Positions 36,560 to 47,486 of a stretch of DNA of 64,000 nt are shown here, one piece after another. Below the pieces are notes generated by a model. It searched no databases. It saw only the letters and a list, made by a program, of their open reading frames with translations, and was not told the origin of the DNA. A program made the position numbers and the translations under genes. The stretch spans positions 1 to 64,000 of the forward strand of contig JAFOYE010000012.1 of NCBI GenBank assembly GCA_017391525.1, given 5' to 3'. This stretch comes from Paludibacteraceae bacterium. Lineage in GTDB: Bacteria > Bacteroidota > Bacteroidia > Bacteroidales > Paludibacteraceae. The first letter of the stretch is position 1; each line of letters begins with the position of its first letter.

Positions 36560-39328
36560 ATGGCAATAAAACTTATCAAAGCTTGTAAAGAATTGAATAT
36601 CGGTATGTCCACTGCCGTAGAATTCTGTAAAAAGCAGGGTAAGGAAATCGCTACCGATCCTAATACGCGTATCGATGACGACTTGTACCTACTGCTTGCC
36701 AAAGAATTTAACAAGGACATGGCCCTTAAACTTGAAGCAGAACGTCAAGCACAAGAACGTCAAGAGCGTGAAGTACCAAAATCAGTAGCTATCGACGAAC
36801 CAAAAAAGCCTGAGCACATACCTACTGAGGTCGCTAAACCTAAAGTAGTAGGCAAGATCGACCTCGATGCCGATAAGAAAAAGGCAGAAGAGGCTCGTTT
36901 AGCAGAAGAAGCTGCGCGAGCAGCTGCTGCGCAAGCTGCAGAATTGGCAGCTAAACAAGCAGCAGAAGAAGCTGCTAAGAAAGCTGCAGAACAAGCTGCT
37001 GCCAAAGCTGCAGAAGAGGCTGCTCAGAAAGCTGCCGAAGAAGCACAAAAAGCTGCACAAGCTGCTGTAGAAGCTAAAGAGGAGGAAGAAGAGGTCTTCC
37101 GCCTCAATAAACCTGTGCTCAAAAACGCTCCTAAAGTAGTGGGTAAGATTGATCTCAGTAGCATCAATCCTGCTACTCATCCTAAACAAAAAACCAAAGA
37201 GGAGAAACGCAAAGAGCGCGAAGCACGTGAGCAACAACGAAAGGCTAACAAACCAAACGCCAACGCTAACGGAGATAACGCTGCTAAGGATGGCGAAAAA
37301 CGTAAACGCGAACGCATCAAACAAAACAAAGTGGACATCAATGATGCACGCAACCAAAAGCCTAAGAACAACAAAGGTAACAATAATACCACCAACAAGC
37401 CTAAGGGCTTCAAAGTGGAAGTTGATGAAGAGGCTGTACAGCGCCAAATCAAAGAGACTATCCAACGCCTACAAGGCAACAAGGGTAAGAGCACTACTAG
37501 CAAGCACAAACGTGAGCGCCGCGAGTTAGAGCGCGAGAAAATGGCACAAGAGCGTGCTGAAGAGCAAGCACAAAGCAAGGTGTTGAAACTCACCGAGTTT
37601 GTGACTGCTAATGACCTTGCTGTGATGATGAACGTGCCTGTTACTAAGGTCATCGGTACATGTATGATGCTTGGTGTGATGGTAAGTATCAATCAGCGTC
37701 TTGATGCCGAGACCATCAACCTCGTAGCCGAGGAGTTTGGCTTCTCAACCGAGTTCGTTTCTGCCGAGGTGGTTGAGGAAATCAATGCAGATGAGGTGAT
37801 CAACGATGAGGATATCACCGAGCGCTGCCCAATCGTGACCGTCATGGGTCACGTTGACCACGGTAAAACATCGCTCCTTGACCATATCCGTAACGCCAAC
37901 GTGATTGCTGGTGAGGCCGGTGGTATTACCCAGCACATCGGTGCATACAACGTAAAACTCAAGAATGGTCAGCATATCACTTTCCTTGACACCCCTGGTC
38001 ACGAGGCCTTCACCGCCATGCGTGCTCGTGGTGCTAAGGTAACCGATATCGCTATCATCATCGTGGCTGCGGATGATGCTGTCATGCCACAAACCATTGA
38101 GGCTATCAACCACGCACAAGCGGCGGGCGTACCTATGATCTTCGCCATCAACAAGTGCGATAAACCTACTGCTAACCCAGATAAGATCAAAGAGCAACTC
38201 GCTAACATGAACATCCTCGTAGAGGATTGGGGTGGCTCTTACCAATGCCAACATATCTCAGCTAAGAAGGGTGAGGGTGTGTTCGAACTCTTGGAGAAAG
38301 TTCTCCTTGAGGCAGAATTGCTCGAGCTCAAGGCCAACCCTAAACGTCGTGCCAAAGGTTCTATTATTGAGTCTTCGCTCGACAAGGGTCGTGGTTATGT
38401 GGCTACCGTGCTCGTGCATGATGGTACACTTCATCACGGAGATATTGTGTTGGCAGGTGTCAACCATGGTAAGATCAAAGCGATGTTCAACGAGCGTGGA
38501 CAACGCATCCAACAAGCCCTTCCTGGCGAGCCATGTCTTATCCTCGGTCTCAACGGCGCACCTCAAGCGGGTGATGAGTTCAATGTGATGGCAACCGAGC
38601 AAGAAGCACGCGAGATTGCTAACAAACGTGAGCAATTGCAACGCGAGATGTCACTCCGTACCAAGAAACACCTTGGTTTGGACGAGATCGGTCGTCGTTT
38701 GGCGATTGGCGACTTCAAAGAGCTTAACATCATCGTCAAGGGTGACGTGGACGGCTCTGTGGAGGCACTCAAAGACTCGCTCATCAAGCTCTCTACCGAG
38801 AATATCCAAGTCAATGTTATCCACGGTGCTGTGGGTGCGATCTCTGACTCCGATGTCCTTCTCGCTGCGGCTTCTGATGCGATCATCGTCGGCTTCAACG
38901 TGCGTCCTACCAGCACAGCGCGTAAGATGGCAGAGAACGAGGAGGTGGATATCCGTATCTACTCTATTATCTACGATACCATCAACGAGATCAAGTCTGC
39001 TATGGCAGGTATGCTCTCGCCAGAGATCAAAGAGGAGGTTACTGCTACTCTCGAGGTATTGCAAACCTTCCGCATCTCCAAGGTGGGTACTATCGCGGGT
39101 TGTATCGTGCGTGAGGGTAAAGCTAAACGTGCTAACAAGTGCCGTGTGATCCGTGACGGTATCGTGATCCACACTGGCGAACTCTCTTCGCTCAAGCATG
39201 GTAAAGACGATATCAAGGAAGCAGGTCTCAACATGGAGTGCGGTTTGAGCATCAAGAGCTACAATGACATCGTAGAAGGCGACCTCATCGAGACCTTCGA
39301 GCAAATCGAGGTGGCGAAGACCCTATAA
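36560..39328 (+). CDS. infB: translation initiation factor IF-2
   Basis: GTP-binding motifs [14 protein letters not shown] and NKCD, with an A/E/K-rich N-terminal region. Start taken at [15 protein letters not shown]; the track extends to 36536. Confidence 0.95.
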   Translation: MAIKLIKACKELNIGMSTAVEFCKKQGKEIATDPNTRIDDDLYLLLAKEFNKDMALKLEAERQAQERQEREVPKSVAIDEPKKPEHIPTEVAKPKVVGKIDLDADKKKAEEARLAEEAARAAAAQAAELAAKQAAEEAAKKAAEQAAAKAAEEAAQKAAEEAQKAAQAAVEAKEEEEEVFRLNKPVLKNAPKVVGKIDLSSINPATHPKQKTKEEKRKEREAREQQRKANKPNANANGDNAAKDGEKRKRERIKQNKVDINDARNQKPKNNKGNNNTTNKPKGFKVEVDEEAVQRQIKETIQRLQGNKGKSTTSKHKRERRELEREKMAQERAEEQAQSKVLKLTEFVTANDLAVMMNVPVTKVIGTCMMLGVMVSINQRLDAETINLVAEEFGFSTEFVSAEVVEEINADEVINDEDITERCPIVTVMGHVDHGKTSLLDHIRNANVIAGEAGGITQHIGAYNVKLKNGQHITFLDTPGHEAFTAMRARGAKVTDIAIIIVAADDAVMPQTIEAINHAQAAGVPMIFAINKCDKPTANPDKIKEQLANMNILVEDWGGSYQCQHISAKKGEGVFELLEKVLLEAELLELKANPKRRAKGSIIESSLDKGRGYVATVLVHDGTLHHGDIVLAGVNHGKIKAMFNERGQRIQQALPGEPCLILGLNGAPQAGDEFNVMATEQEAREIANKREQLQREMSLRTKKHLGLDEIGRRLAIGDFKELNIIVKGDVDGSVEALKDSLIKLSTENIQVNVIHGAVGAISDSDVLLAAASDAIIVGFNVRPTSTARKMAENEEVDIRIYSIIYDTINEIKSAMAGMLSPEIKEEVTATLEVLQTFRISKVGTIAGCIVREGKAKRANKCRVIRDGIVIHTGELSSLKHGKDDIKEAGLNMECGLSIKSYNDIVEGDLIETFEQIEVAKTL

Positions 39329-39431
39329 TTGCCCGCCTTTTACGGGTTCATAACGGGTCTATACAATAGCAATACGCTACAATAACCCTTAAAACTTTTA
39401 AAACAATTAAAACTTTTTAACTTGATAAATT

Positions 39432-39968
39432 ATGAAAGATCTTAAAGGCACAAAGACCGAAGCCAACCTTTGGGAGGCATTCGCAGGTGAGTCTATGGCT
39501 CGCAACAAGTACACCTACTATGCTAGCAAAGCTAAGAAAGATGGTTACGAGCAAATAGCAGCTCTCTTTGAGGAGACTGCAGCTCAAGAGAAAGAGCACG
39601 CTAAACTCTGGTTCAAGCTCATCCACGGCATTGGTTCTACTATGGAGAACCTCACCGATGGTGCTAAAGGCGAGAACGACGAGTGGACAGACATGTATCC
39701 TCGCATGGCAGCTGAGGCTCGCGAAGAAGGTTTCGAGGAGATCGCTATCATGATGGAAGGTGTGGCTGCTGTAGAGAAAGCACACGAAGAGCGCTACCTC
39801 AAGCTCCTCAAGAATATCGAGGATAAGCTTGTGTTCAGCCGCGATGGTGATGCTATCTGGCAATGCCGCAATTGTGGTCACCTCTATATTGGTCAAGATG
39901 CTCCTGTGGTTTGCCCTGTTTGCAAACACCCACAAGCATACTTCCAATTGCAACAAAACAACTTCTAA
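39432..39968 (+). CDS. rbr: rubrerythrin
   Basis: Ferritin-like diiron domain plus a C-terminal rubredoxin-like CxxC...CPVC domain. Confidence 0.9.
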   Translation: MKDLKGTKTEANLWEAFAGESMARNKYTYYASKAKKDGYEQIAALFEETAAQEKEHAKLWFKLIHGIGSTMENLTDGAKGENDEWTDMYPRMAAEAREEGFEEIAIMMEGVAAVEKAHEERYLKLLKNIEDKLVFSRDGDAIWQCRNCGHLYIGQDAPVVCPVCKHPQAYFQLQQNNF

Positions 39969-39974
39969 ATAATC

Positions 39975-40010
39975 AAGGACTTATGCACTTCGGTGCATAA
40001 GTCCTTTTAG
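39975..40010 (+). terminator. rho-independent terminator
   Basis: AAGGACTTATGCAC-TTCG-GTGCATAAGTCCTT hairpin followed by TTTAG. Confidence 0.6.
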
Positions 40011-40083
40011 ATTTAAGAACGATTCTGAACAATTCTGAACCATTCTAAACGGCGCGTTTGTGCCATTGAACACTATTTAAAGT

Positions 40084-41781
40084 ATGGACATAACTCTACT
40101 AGTTCAAGCTATTCTGCAATTAGTTGCAGGTATTGGTATTTTCTTGGTGGCATGTCAAATGATGTCATCCAATCTTGAGTCAGCCAGTAGTGCACGACTC
40201 AAAGCCCTTTTCTCGCGCATGTCTAACTCTCGCATGTTAGGCGTGGGAATAGGTACAGCGGCTACGGCTGCTATCCAGTCGTCGGGTGCAACCACAGTGA
40301 TGGTCATCGGTTTCGTGAATGTCGGAATTATGTCACTCGCACAGGCGGCTACTATCATCTATGGTGCTAACATCGGTACCACCGTTACCGCGCAGATCGT
40401 TGCGCTCGGTTTAGGTGGAGGTGGTGGCATCTCTACTTCCGTTATTTTTGCCGCTTTTGCCGGCCTTGGAGCTTTCATCGAACTCTTCTGTAAAAGCAAT
40501 ACCTGGAAAACCTGGGGTGGTATCATCACCGGTTTTGGTATGCTCTTCGTCGCTTTGAGTTTAATGAGCAAGTCCATGGACGATCTAGCCCAATTGGATG
40601 CTGTCAAGAACTTCTTGGCAAGTGTCAAACATCCTCTTCTACTGGTGCTTTTTGGTGCTATATTAACGGCTATCGTACAGTCATCTTCCGTGGTGACCTC
40701 CATTGCGTTGACCATGGCGGTTACTGGTTTGATAACACTCAACCAAGGTATCTACCTCACCATGGGTTCTAATATCGGTTCGTGCGTGGTGGCTATCATC
40801 GCCGGTCTTACCTCTGGTCTCAATGCTAAACGTACTGCTTTGATACACTTGCTGTTCAACTGTTTCGGTGTTATCGTCTTCTTGATAGCAGCATGGGTTA
40901 TGTATCTTGTCACTACGGGTTCGTTGGATTATGGAATAATCTTCGAGAGAATGTTTCCTGGCAAACCAGAGTTGCAATTGGCTATGTTCCATACCATCTT
41001 CAACTGCTGTACCGTATGTATTATTCTGCCATTGACGGACTATTTGGTGAAACTCGTATGCCGTCTTATTCCAGAGAAGAAAACCGCTCAAGTGGAGGAT
41101 GCCTCTGCTCCTCATTTCCACTTCGTGGACGAGAAGATGCTCCGTACACCTATTATTGCGGTTAACCAGGTTAAGCTTGAGATCGAGAATATGGCAGGTG
41201 TGGCTATCCACAATTTCAACCTATCTATGGATGTGATCTCCAAGGTTGATTTCGATAAGATGGAGGAGTTTGAGCAGAACGAGATGCAACTCAACTACAT
41301 CAACCGCAATCTCATTCCTTATATTGTGCAACTAAATAATCTCCCTATAAGTGAGGAGGATAATCGATACTTGGCGACAGCCATCCGTACTATTGGTGAC
41401 CTTGAGCGTGTGGGTGACTATGCTACCAATATCACGGAGTATGCGGAGCTCTTGAAGAACTTCAACGAGAAGTTCTCTAAGGATCTTATCTTCGAGGTGG
41501 ACCAGTTGCGCGAGACCATCGGTTCGCTCTACCAAGCTACGATGAAGGCGTATATGGATCAAGATTTCACTGCGCTTGAAGATGTGAACAAGTACGAGGA
41601 TCAAGTGGATGAGATGGTTGCTCGTATCGAGAAGGTGCACCTCCAACGCTTGATGGATGGTGTTTATCCTGCTAGTGTGGGTCAAGTCTACCAAGAGTTC
41701 GCTTCTGACGTAGAGCGTATTGCAGACCACTTCCTCAACGTGGCCAAATCCATCCGCCAACTTCATGTAGGCGAAGATTAA
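40084..41781 (+). CDS. Na/Pi-cotransporter family protein with a C-terminal PhoU-like domain
   Basis: Two Na/Pi-cotransporter membrane repeats (QSSGATTVMVIGFVNVG, VQSSSVVTSIALTMAVTG) and a soluble PhoU-like C-terminus. Confidence 0.85.
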   Translation: MDITLLVQAILQLVAGIGIFLVACQMMSSNLESASSARLKALFSRMSNSRMLGVGIGTAATAAIQSSGATTVMVIGFVNVGIMSLAQAATIIYGANIGTTVTAQIVALGLGGGGGISTSVIFAAFAGLGAFIELFCKSNTWKTWGGIITGFGMLFVALSLMSKSMDDLAQLDAVKNFLASVKHPLLLVLFGAILTAIVQSSSVVTSIALTMAVTGLITLNQGIYLTMGSNIGSCVVAIIAGLTSGLNAKRTALIHLLFNCFGVIVFLIAAWVMYLVTTGSLDYGIIFERMFPGKPELQLAMFHTIFNCCTVCIILPLTDYLVKLVCRLIPEKKTAQVEDASAPHFHFVDEKMLRTPIIAVNQVKLEIENMAGVAIHNFNLSMDVISKVDFDKMEEFEQNEMQLNYINRNLIPYIVQLNNLPISEEDNRYLATAIRTIGDLERVGDYATNITEYAELLKNFNEKFSKDLIFEVDQLRETIGSLYQATMKAYMDQDFTALEDVNKYEDQVDEMVARIEKVHLQRLMDGVYPASVGQVYQEFASDVERIADHFLNVAKSIRQLHVGED

Positions 41782-41814
41782 TTTTTTCGATATATACCTT
41801 ATATATTGTTTGTC

Positions 41815-41858
41815 AATCGCCATTTGTGTGCAAAACACAAGTGGCGATTTTTCCTATC
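41815..41858 (+). terminator. terminator hairpin AATCGCCATTTG...CAAGTGGCGATT (same stem as at 20040)
   Basis: CAATCGCCATTTGTGTGCAAAACACAAGTGGCGATTTTTCC. Confidence 0.5.
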
Positions 41859-42059
41859 TTTTTCTTTTCACCGAACAAAACTTACCTTTAAAACTTTTAA
41901 AACTTTTTCTACTTAAAATTTGCACATCTCCACTTTTTTGAGGATGACTTTAGCTACCCTTGCGCTACCTTTGCGCTAGGGTTAGGTTCTTCCATTTTTA
42001 ATAGAAAAAGCATCAAAGTGTACCTTTTGATAATTTCTACCGAACAAATGTAAAAATAA

Positions 42060-42091
42060 TTTGTTTAATTCAAAAAAAAAGTGTAATTTTG
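42060..42091 (+). promoter_or_regulatory. Bacteroidetes promoter (TTTG, then N20, then TAATTTTG)
   Basis: TTTG at 42060-42063 and TAATTTTG at 42084-42091. Confidence 0.4.
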
Positions 42092-42168
42092 CAAATTAAT
42101 TTGAACTTATTGTAAATTTAGACTTTTGTATTGATAAATAAAATACGTATAGTTAAGATAAATCTGTC

Positions 42169-45100
42169 ATGAAACACCTATTTTTATCATTTTTCGTATG
42201 CTGTTTATGGTTGTCGGCAAGTGCGCAACGTGTCTATATTAACCCTGGTCATGGCGACTGGGGGCCTAATAGTCGTCCGATGGCGACTGTCAACTATGCA
42301 GCGTATGACACTTTGGGTTTCTTTGAGTCCAACACCAACCTGTGGAAGGCCTTTGCCCTTCAAGAGAAACTGGTAGCAGCTGGTTATGAAGTCAAGATGT
42401 CTCGCAGCGAGAATGGTCCATATCCTTATGTCTATGGAGACGAGAGTATTGACAAACCGCTGTTGGATATTGGTGATGAAGCAGAATTATTCGGAGCCGA
42501 CTACTTTATCTCCATTCACTCCAATGCAAATGTGGATGGCGACAATGTCAACTACCCACTGTTCCTCTACGCAGGCACAGATGGTGGCGGAGAAAATAAT
42601 GCCCATTCTATCGATATGGCAAACACAGCGTGGCCAAGACATTTTGAGGCGTTTGGTAACGATAAGGACTGGCAGAATATAGATCACGGATTTGAGCCTA
42701 ATAGTTACTATGCATTAGACAACCGCAATATACGAGGAGACGAAAGTTTCTATGCTAATGACGGATTAGGAGCGCTAAATCATCGTTGCCCTGGATATTT
42801 GGTAGAGGGTTATTTCCACACCTACCAGCCAGCCCGCCATCGTGCATTGAATCCCGAATGGTGCCGCCAAGAGGGTATCCGTTATTTCCGAGGCATACAG
42901 GACTACTACCGCAAATCAGGCGAAAAAGTAGGTTATATCATGGGCTGCGTGCGTAGTTTGACGGAGATGTCTCATCATCTTTTCAATAGTATGAGCACTT
43001 CATACGATGAATTCCTACCTATCAATGGTGCGAAGGTAGTGCTACGCGATGCATCAGGCAATATCATCCGTACCGAATGTTACCGCCATGTGGCTCGCCA
43101 CATTACTGACCAATACTACTATACCACTGACCACAACTACAATGGTATCTTCGTCTTCGAAAACCTCCAACCCGGTACATATACCCTAACGGTACACGCT
43201 ACTGGATATCAAGATAAATCTATGACAGTCAATGTCGTAGATAACGCAACCGTTTATCCAGAGATATTCTTGGAGAAGGGTCAAGGTACCGAACCTCAAA
43301 TCAATGTAGATGTCAAATGGGTGCTCAATGGCGGCACAGTAGATGGCACCTTGCCACAAACAATTACAGGCGAAGCATATACCTTGCCAACCCCTGTAAA
43401 ACCTGGCTATACCTTCCTAGGATGGTATGACAATGCCGAAGGTACAGGTACCGCACTCACAACTCTGCCTGTAGGTTACAAAGGCACGCTCTATGCGATA
43501 TGGAAAAGCACTTCCGTCAAATGGGAACTCAATGGCGGACATATCTCTGAAAACAAATTACTATGGGAAAATTTCCAAAAGACTAAATTAGGCAGAAGTA
43601 CATTGGTACCTATAGAAAATGCATGGAGTGTAATAGAAGAATATATTTATGATGAGACCCAAAAAGTTAACTTCCATACATGGCTAACAACTGACGATTA
43701 CAAATGGCTCGGAGATTATCTGTGGAATAAAGCAAATCCACATACAAATCCTGGATCAGGAAACGAATATGTATGGTGGGGAAATTTGCTAAATGCATTC
43801 CTTAAGTGTACAACTTATAATTATTATTGTCATCATTGTTCTGCAAATGTTTCCCTAGACTTCACCCAAGCAGGTAAATATGATAGTTGGAAAGGTTGGG
43901 CAACTGAAGAGATTCGTCAAAAGGTGACCCTTCCTAACCAAATCACTAGCGCATACACTATCCCAACGCCAGAAAAAGAAGGCGCCACCTTCCAAGGTTG
44001 GTACGATAATCCTCATGGCGTGGGTGACCCTATCACCGTTTTGGAGGCTGGCTACGAGGGTACTGTATATGCTATCTGGGTAGGTCCAGTGCCTTGTATT
44101 GTGGCATACGACCTTAATTGCAAATACAAAGTTGGTGCAATGGCATTTGACTTCTCTTTCTATGCCAATACCCAACCTGCTTCTGGCAAACTGATATTCT
44201 ATAATAAAAACGGAGAAACTGAGGAGGAATATATACTCAACAACCTACGTCAAGGCAAGAATACAGTTTTCATGCCAGCAGAAAATATTCCTGGATACGT
44301 CCCTGGAAAAGATATCTTGTGGGAAGTACATTTGGAAGCACGCCCAAGCACTTTGTTTGCTGAAATCTTCCGCTCCGAACCTTTTCATACTGCATATGCT
44401 ACCATCGACAACAGTCCAGAATCGGATTTCTTTGGCAGCATCTGGGTGGCAAATCAGCAGACACACGGCTATAACTCCACTGCCGACGGCGGAATTTGGC
44501 GACTAGTACCTGAACAAGGTTATGCGCGTGACAAAGATGCGTATAAAGATGGTCATCGTCCTCATCGTCCTCGTCCAGGCGACAAACCTAACCCCAATGG
44601 TTGGAAACCTCCTCAAGGTGGTGGCGGACAACCTCCTCAAGGTGGCGGCCAACCAAATGGCGGACAACAACCTCCTCAAGGTGGCGGTGGTCAACCTCAA
44701 GGTGGAGGTGGACAACCTAATGGCGGACAGCCTAATGGTAGCGGTCAACAACCACCTCAAGGTGGCAAACAAGAACCACCTCGTGGCGGACAACCTGGTC
44801 ATACACCTGCAGAGAATCCACAAGGTGGCTTTGAAGTAATCTTCCGCCCTACCGTAGCACCTGATGGTACAGTTTATCTTACCGACAACGGACCATCCTA
44901 TGGCGGTGTGTTCATCATGGACCCACATACCAAACAAATCACCAACTTCTTCGACGGTTGTACCTACGAAAATGGAGAGTGGAAAGACAACAACGGAACG
45001 GTGGTAGGTAGTGGCTCGACAGGCGCGCATATCTATTGGACCGAAGATGGCAATAACAGGAATGGCTTCTCTCCTATGACATCAAAACTATTTTTGATGC

Positions 45101-46476
45101 ATAATGCCCATTCTAATGGTGATTCGAACGGAGAGACAAGAGGATTCTTTGTGTATGATTTGAACAACTACCAATCACCTACTCATACGAAATTAAAACA
45201 TTATCCAAACCAAACGGACGGTATGGTGGAGTATAACAATACGGATATTACAGATTATGCTATTGTCGGAACTAGCCGCGGTGCATGGGTGTGTCAATTG
45301 CGTAATGACAAAGGTAACTTCATCTCCGATCCATCATTGACCTTCTATCCTACTGAGGGTGAACCTACTATATTTACCAAAGCACTTGATTCATCAGTAG
45401 GTGGAACATTTGAAGGCGAATTGATACATGGTTCGTTCGGTTCTGCTATTGCGGTAAGTAAAGATGAGAAACTATTGGCAATGGTGGGCGGTACGGGTAA
45501 TATCATGCTATTTGACATAGAGTGGAGTACTGAAACCACCCCAACTTTGACCAACAAGCGCGACTATCCTATTGTGGAAAATGATCCACTTACAAGTGGT
45601 ACATGGGATCTTCCTACTATCACTACTCTCAACTTCGACTATGCGGGCAACCTTGTCGCTACTCTCGGAGAGACCTACAATGATAGCGGAGACAAACATC
45701 AGGTTGTTATCTTCACTTTGCCAAAAACTCCAAATGAGATCAATGTGCCTTCTCGCTTTAGCCAACGCGTACCAAGTCTGGTAGAGGACGACCAATGTAA
45801 TTCTATAGCAGAGGAGAATACGACATACGAGACCGTTGATATTTACCGCAATTTGCAAGCAGGTATGTACAATACCATCTGCTTGCCATTTGGTATCAAT
45901 AGTTTAGAAGGAACACTCTACGAAGGCGCTAGTGTGGTCAAGTTCGTGGGAACAGAGATTCAGACAGTAGGTGGCGAGGATATGCTCAAACTTAACTTCC
46001 AAGAACTCACATTCCAAGATGGAGATATTATGGTAGCGGGTGAGCCATATTTGATAAAACCTCTACAGGAGATCAAAGTGCCAGTAAGAGTATCTAATGT
46101 GTCAACTTGTGTCAATGCTGAGGATATTGCGGGTAAGAGTATCAAACCTGCTAATAGCGCAGCTACTTTCCATGGAATAACAAGTCCAACAACTATAGAA
46201 AAGGACCCTGATATATTATTCTTGGTGGCTAACAATCGTTTGGCTACTGCATCTAGTATAGGAGAGATGCTAGCTAATCGTGCCTATTTCGAATTGGACA
46301 ATGCACAGAATTTACCTAAGCGTTCTATCATCTCGATTGTGAAGTCCACTCCTGCTGGTTTTGAAGAGATATACAACACCTATCAAACAGAAGCATATAA
46401 GATGTTATATAACGGCATGATTGTCATTGTCCGCGATGGAGTGATGTATGACCTAATGGGAACACGTATAAAATAA
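42169..46476 (+). CDS. giant secreted T9SS cargo protein: N-terminal amidase_3-like (MurNAc-L-Ala amidase-like) domain, CarboxypepD_reg-like domain, Listeria-Bacteroides (Flg_new) repeats, G/Q/P-rich linker, beta-rich C-terminal region, T9SS sorting domain
   Basis: Signal peptide. The N-terminus has VYINPGHGDWG...YFISIHSNA, which is amidase_3-like. The CarboxypepD_reg segment is NGIFVFENLQPGTYTLTVHATGYQD. Flg_new units include YTLPTPVKPGYTFLGWYDN...GTLYAIW. The C-terminus ends LYNGMIVIVRDGVMYDLMGTRIK. Confidence 0.7.
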   Translation: MKHLFLSFFVCCLWLSASAQRVYINPGHGDWGPNSRPMATVNYAAYDTLGFFESNTNLWKAFALQEKLVAAGYEVKMSRSENGPYPYVYGDESIDKPLLDIGDEAELFGADYFISIHSNANVDGDNVNYPLFLYAGTDGGGENNAHSIDMANTAWPRHFEAFGNDKDWQNIDHGFEPNSYYALDNRNIRGDESFYANDGLGALNHRCPGYLVEGYFHTYQPARHRALNPEWCRQEGIRYFRGIQDYYRKSGEKVGYIMGCVRSLTEMSHHLFNSMSTSYDEFLPINGAKVVLRDASGNIIRTECYRHVARHITDQYYYTTDHNYNGIFVFENLQPGTYTLTVHATGYQDKSMTVNVVDNATVYPEIFLEKGQGTEPQINVDVKWVLNGGTVDGTLPQTITGEAYTLPTPVKPGYTFLGWYDNAEGTGTALTTLPVGYKGTLYAIWKSTSVKWELNGGHISENKLLWENFQKTKLGRSTLVPIENAWSVIEEYIYDETQKVNFHTWLTTDDYKWLGDYLWNKANPHTNPGSGNEYVWWGNLLNAFLKCTTYNYYCHHCSANVSLDFTQAGKYDSWKGWATEEIRQKVTLPNQITSAYTIPTPEKEGATFQGWYDNPHGVGDPITVLEAGYEGTVYAIWVGPVPCIVAYDLNCKYKVGAMAFDFSFYANTQPASGKLIFYNKNGETEEEYILNNLRQGKNTVFMPAENIPGYVPGKDILWEVHLEARPSTLFAEIFRSEPFHTAYATIDNSPESDFFGSIWVANQQTHGYNSTADGGIWRLVPEQGYARDKDAYKDGHRPHRPRPGDKPNPNGWKPPQGGGGQPPQGGGQPNGGQQPPQGGGGQPQGGGGQPNGGQPNGSGQQPPQGGKQEPPRGGQPGHTPAENPQGGFEVIFRPTVAPDGTVYLTDNGPSYGGVFIMDPHTKQITNFFDGCTYENGEWKDNNGTVVGSGSTGAHIYWTEDGNNRNGFSPMTSKLFLMHNAHSNGDSNGETRGFFVYDLNNYQSPTHTKLKHYPNQTDGMVEYNNTDITDYAIVGTSRGAWVCQLRNDKGNFISDPSLTFYPTEGEPTIFTKALDSSVGGTFEGELIHGSFGSAIAVSKDEKLLAMVGGTGNIMLFDIEWSTETTPTLTNKRDYPIVENDPLTSGTWDLPTITTLNFDYAGNLVATLGETYNDSGDKHQVVIFTLPKTPNEINVPSRFSQRVPSLVEDDQCNSIAEENTTYETVDIYRNLQAGMYNTICLPFGINSLEGTLYEGASVVKFVGTEIQTVGGEDMLKLNFQELTFQDGDIMVAGEPYLIKPLQEIKVPVRVSNVSTCVNAEDIAGKSIKPANSAATFHGITSPTTIEKDPDILFLVANNRLATASSIGEMLANRAYFELDNAQNLPKRSIISIVKSTPAGFEEIYNTYQTEAYKMLYNGMIVIVRDGVMYDLMGTRIK

Positions 46477-46496
46477 CGAAAACATATATTAATCTT

Positions 46497-47336
46497 ATGA
46501 AAAAAACATTCTTATTCTTAGCAGCATGTGCATTATCCATGTTGGCTAATGCGCAGATACTTGAAGTGGTTTCTACGCAAAAATTACCTGCCGAACAAGG
46601 TACTATGTGGAAGGTAGCAGGATTCAGCCCTATGGGGGATTATATTCTATTGACCGACAGTTACGACAAAGGGTTGGTACGCTATGATTTGGCTACTCAA
46701 ACCAAAAAAGTGATCAGCGAAGGTGTAGGTGCAGGATGGGCAGTGAAGATTAGCAAAGATGGCAAAAATGTCGTATATCGTGAGAAAACGATGGATGCTA
46801 ACAAAATCACACGTAGCAATATCTACCAACATAGTCTAGTTTCTAATCAACGCTCGTTGCAAGCCAAAGCACAAGTCGGTATGACCGAATTGGTGGATAA
46901 GTCAGCTAAAGTGGACATCACTATCAACACCGATCTACATATTGTATTGGTGCGCAACGGCAAAAACATTGTGCTCACTCCAAGCGGCGCTAATGAGCGT
47001 TATATTGATGCTAAAGTATCTCCTGATAACAAGCACATCATTTACCGTGTATCTGGTAAGGGATGCTATATCTGCGACATGGAGGGCAAGAATGTGCGTT
47101 TCCTAACTAGCAACTGCCATGCACCACAATGGTATGACAACAATACCGTAGTGGCTATGGACTACGATGACAATGGCGAGCAAGTGACCGCTTCTGGTAT
47201 CGTGGCTTATACGTTGGACGGAAAGAGCCAAGTGCTCGTTGAGAAAAGCCAAATGGCTATCTATCCACATGTAGCAAACGGAAAAATTGCTTACACCAAT
47301 ACCAAGGGTGAATTATTCTTGATGACTGTAAAATAA
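46497..47336 (+). CDS. secreted TolB-like beta-propeller (PD40-repeat) protein
   Basis: Signal peptide MKKTFLFLAACALSMLANAQ. Repeated S(P)DGK..IVY segments. Confidence 0.5.
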   Translation: MKKTFLFLAACALSMLANAQILEVVSTQKLPAEQGTMWKVAGFSPMGDYILLTDSYDKGLVRYDLATQTKKVISEGVGAGWAVKISKDGKNVVYREKTMDANKITRSNIYQHSLVSNQRSLQAKAQVGMTELVDKSAKVDITINTDLHIVLVRNGKNIVLTPSGANERYIDAKVSPDNKHIIYRVSGKGCYICDMEGKNVRFLTSNCHAPQWYDNNTVVAMDYDDNGEQVTASGIVAYTLDGKSQVLVEKSQMAIYPHVANGKIAYTNTKGELFLMTVK

Positions 47337-47350
47337 AACTAAATAAAGAC

Positions 47351-47475
47351 CGCCTACGGCTGTTAGAAGTCAGACCGGCTTCGCCTGTTAGATCGCCGCT
47401 CAGCGGATGTTGGACTCAAAGATCTAACATCTAACAACGAAGTGATCTAACATCTAACAGTGAAACGGTCTAAAA
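47351..47475. repeat. GGTCTAACA-family repeat cluster
   Basis: gctgttagaagtcagaccgg...ctgttagatcgccgctcagcggatgttggactcaaagatctaacatctaacaacgaagtgatctaacatctaacagtgaaacggtctaa. Confidence 0.6.
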
Positions 47476-47486
47476 TTCCATCAAAT

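Noticed and set aside
36760-39304. multiple antisense or alternate-frame ORFs within infB (36760-37005, 36899-37465, 37149-37692, 37745-38254, 38258-38641, 38563-38916, 38616-39149, 38651-39304)
   Set aside because: All overlap the IF-2 gene, which has canonical GTPase motifs. The translations are low-complexity Ala/Ser/Leu-rich and lack motifs.
44560-44830. highly repetitive GGTGG(C/A)GG(A/C)CAACC... DNA that could superficially resemble a CRISPR or other repeat array
   Set aside because: It is in-frame coding sequence for a G/Q/P-rich linker (PPQGGGGQP…) within the gene at 42169-46476. Unit lengths are irregular, there are no spacers, and no cas genes are anywhere in the window.
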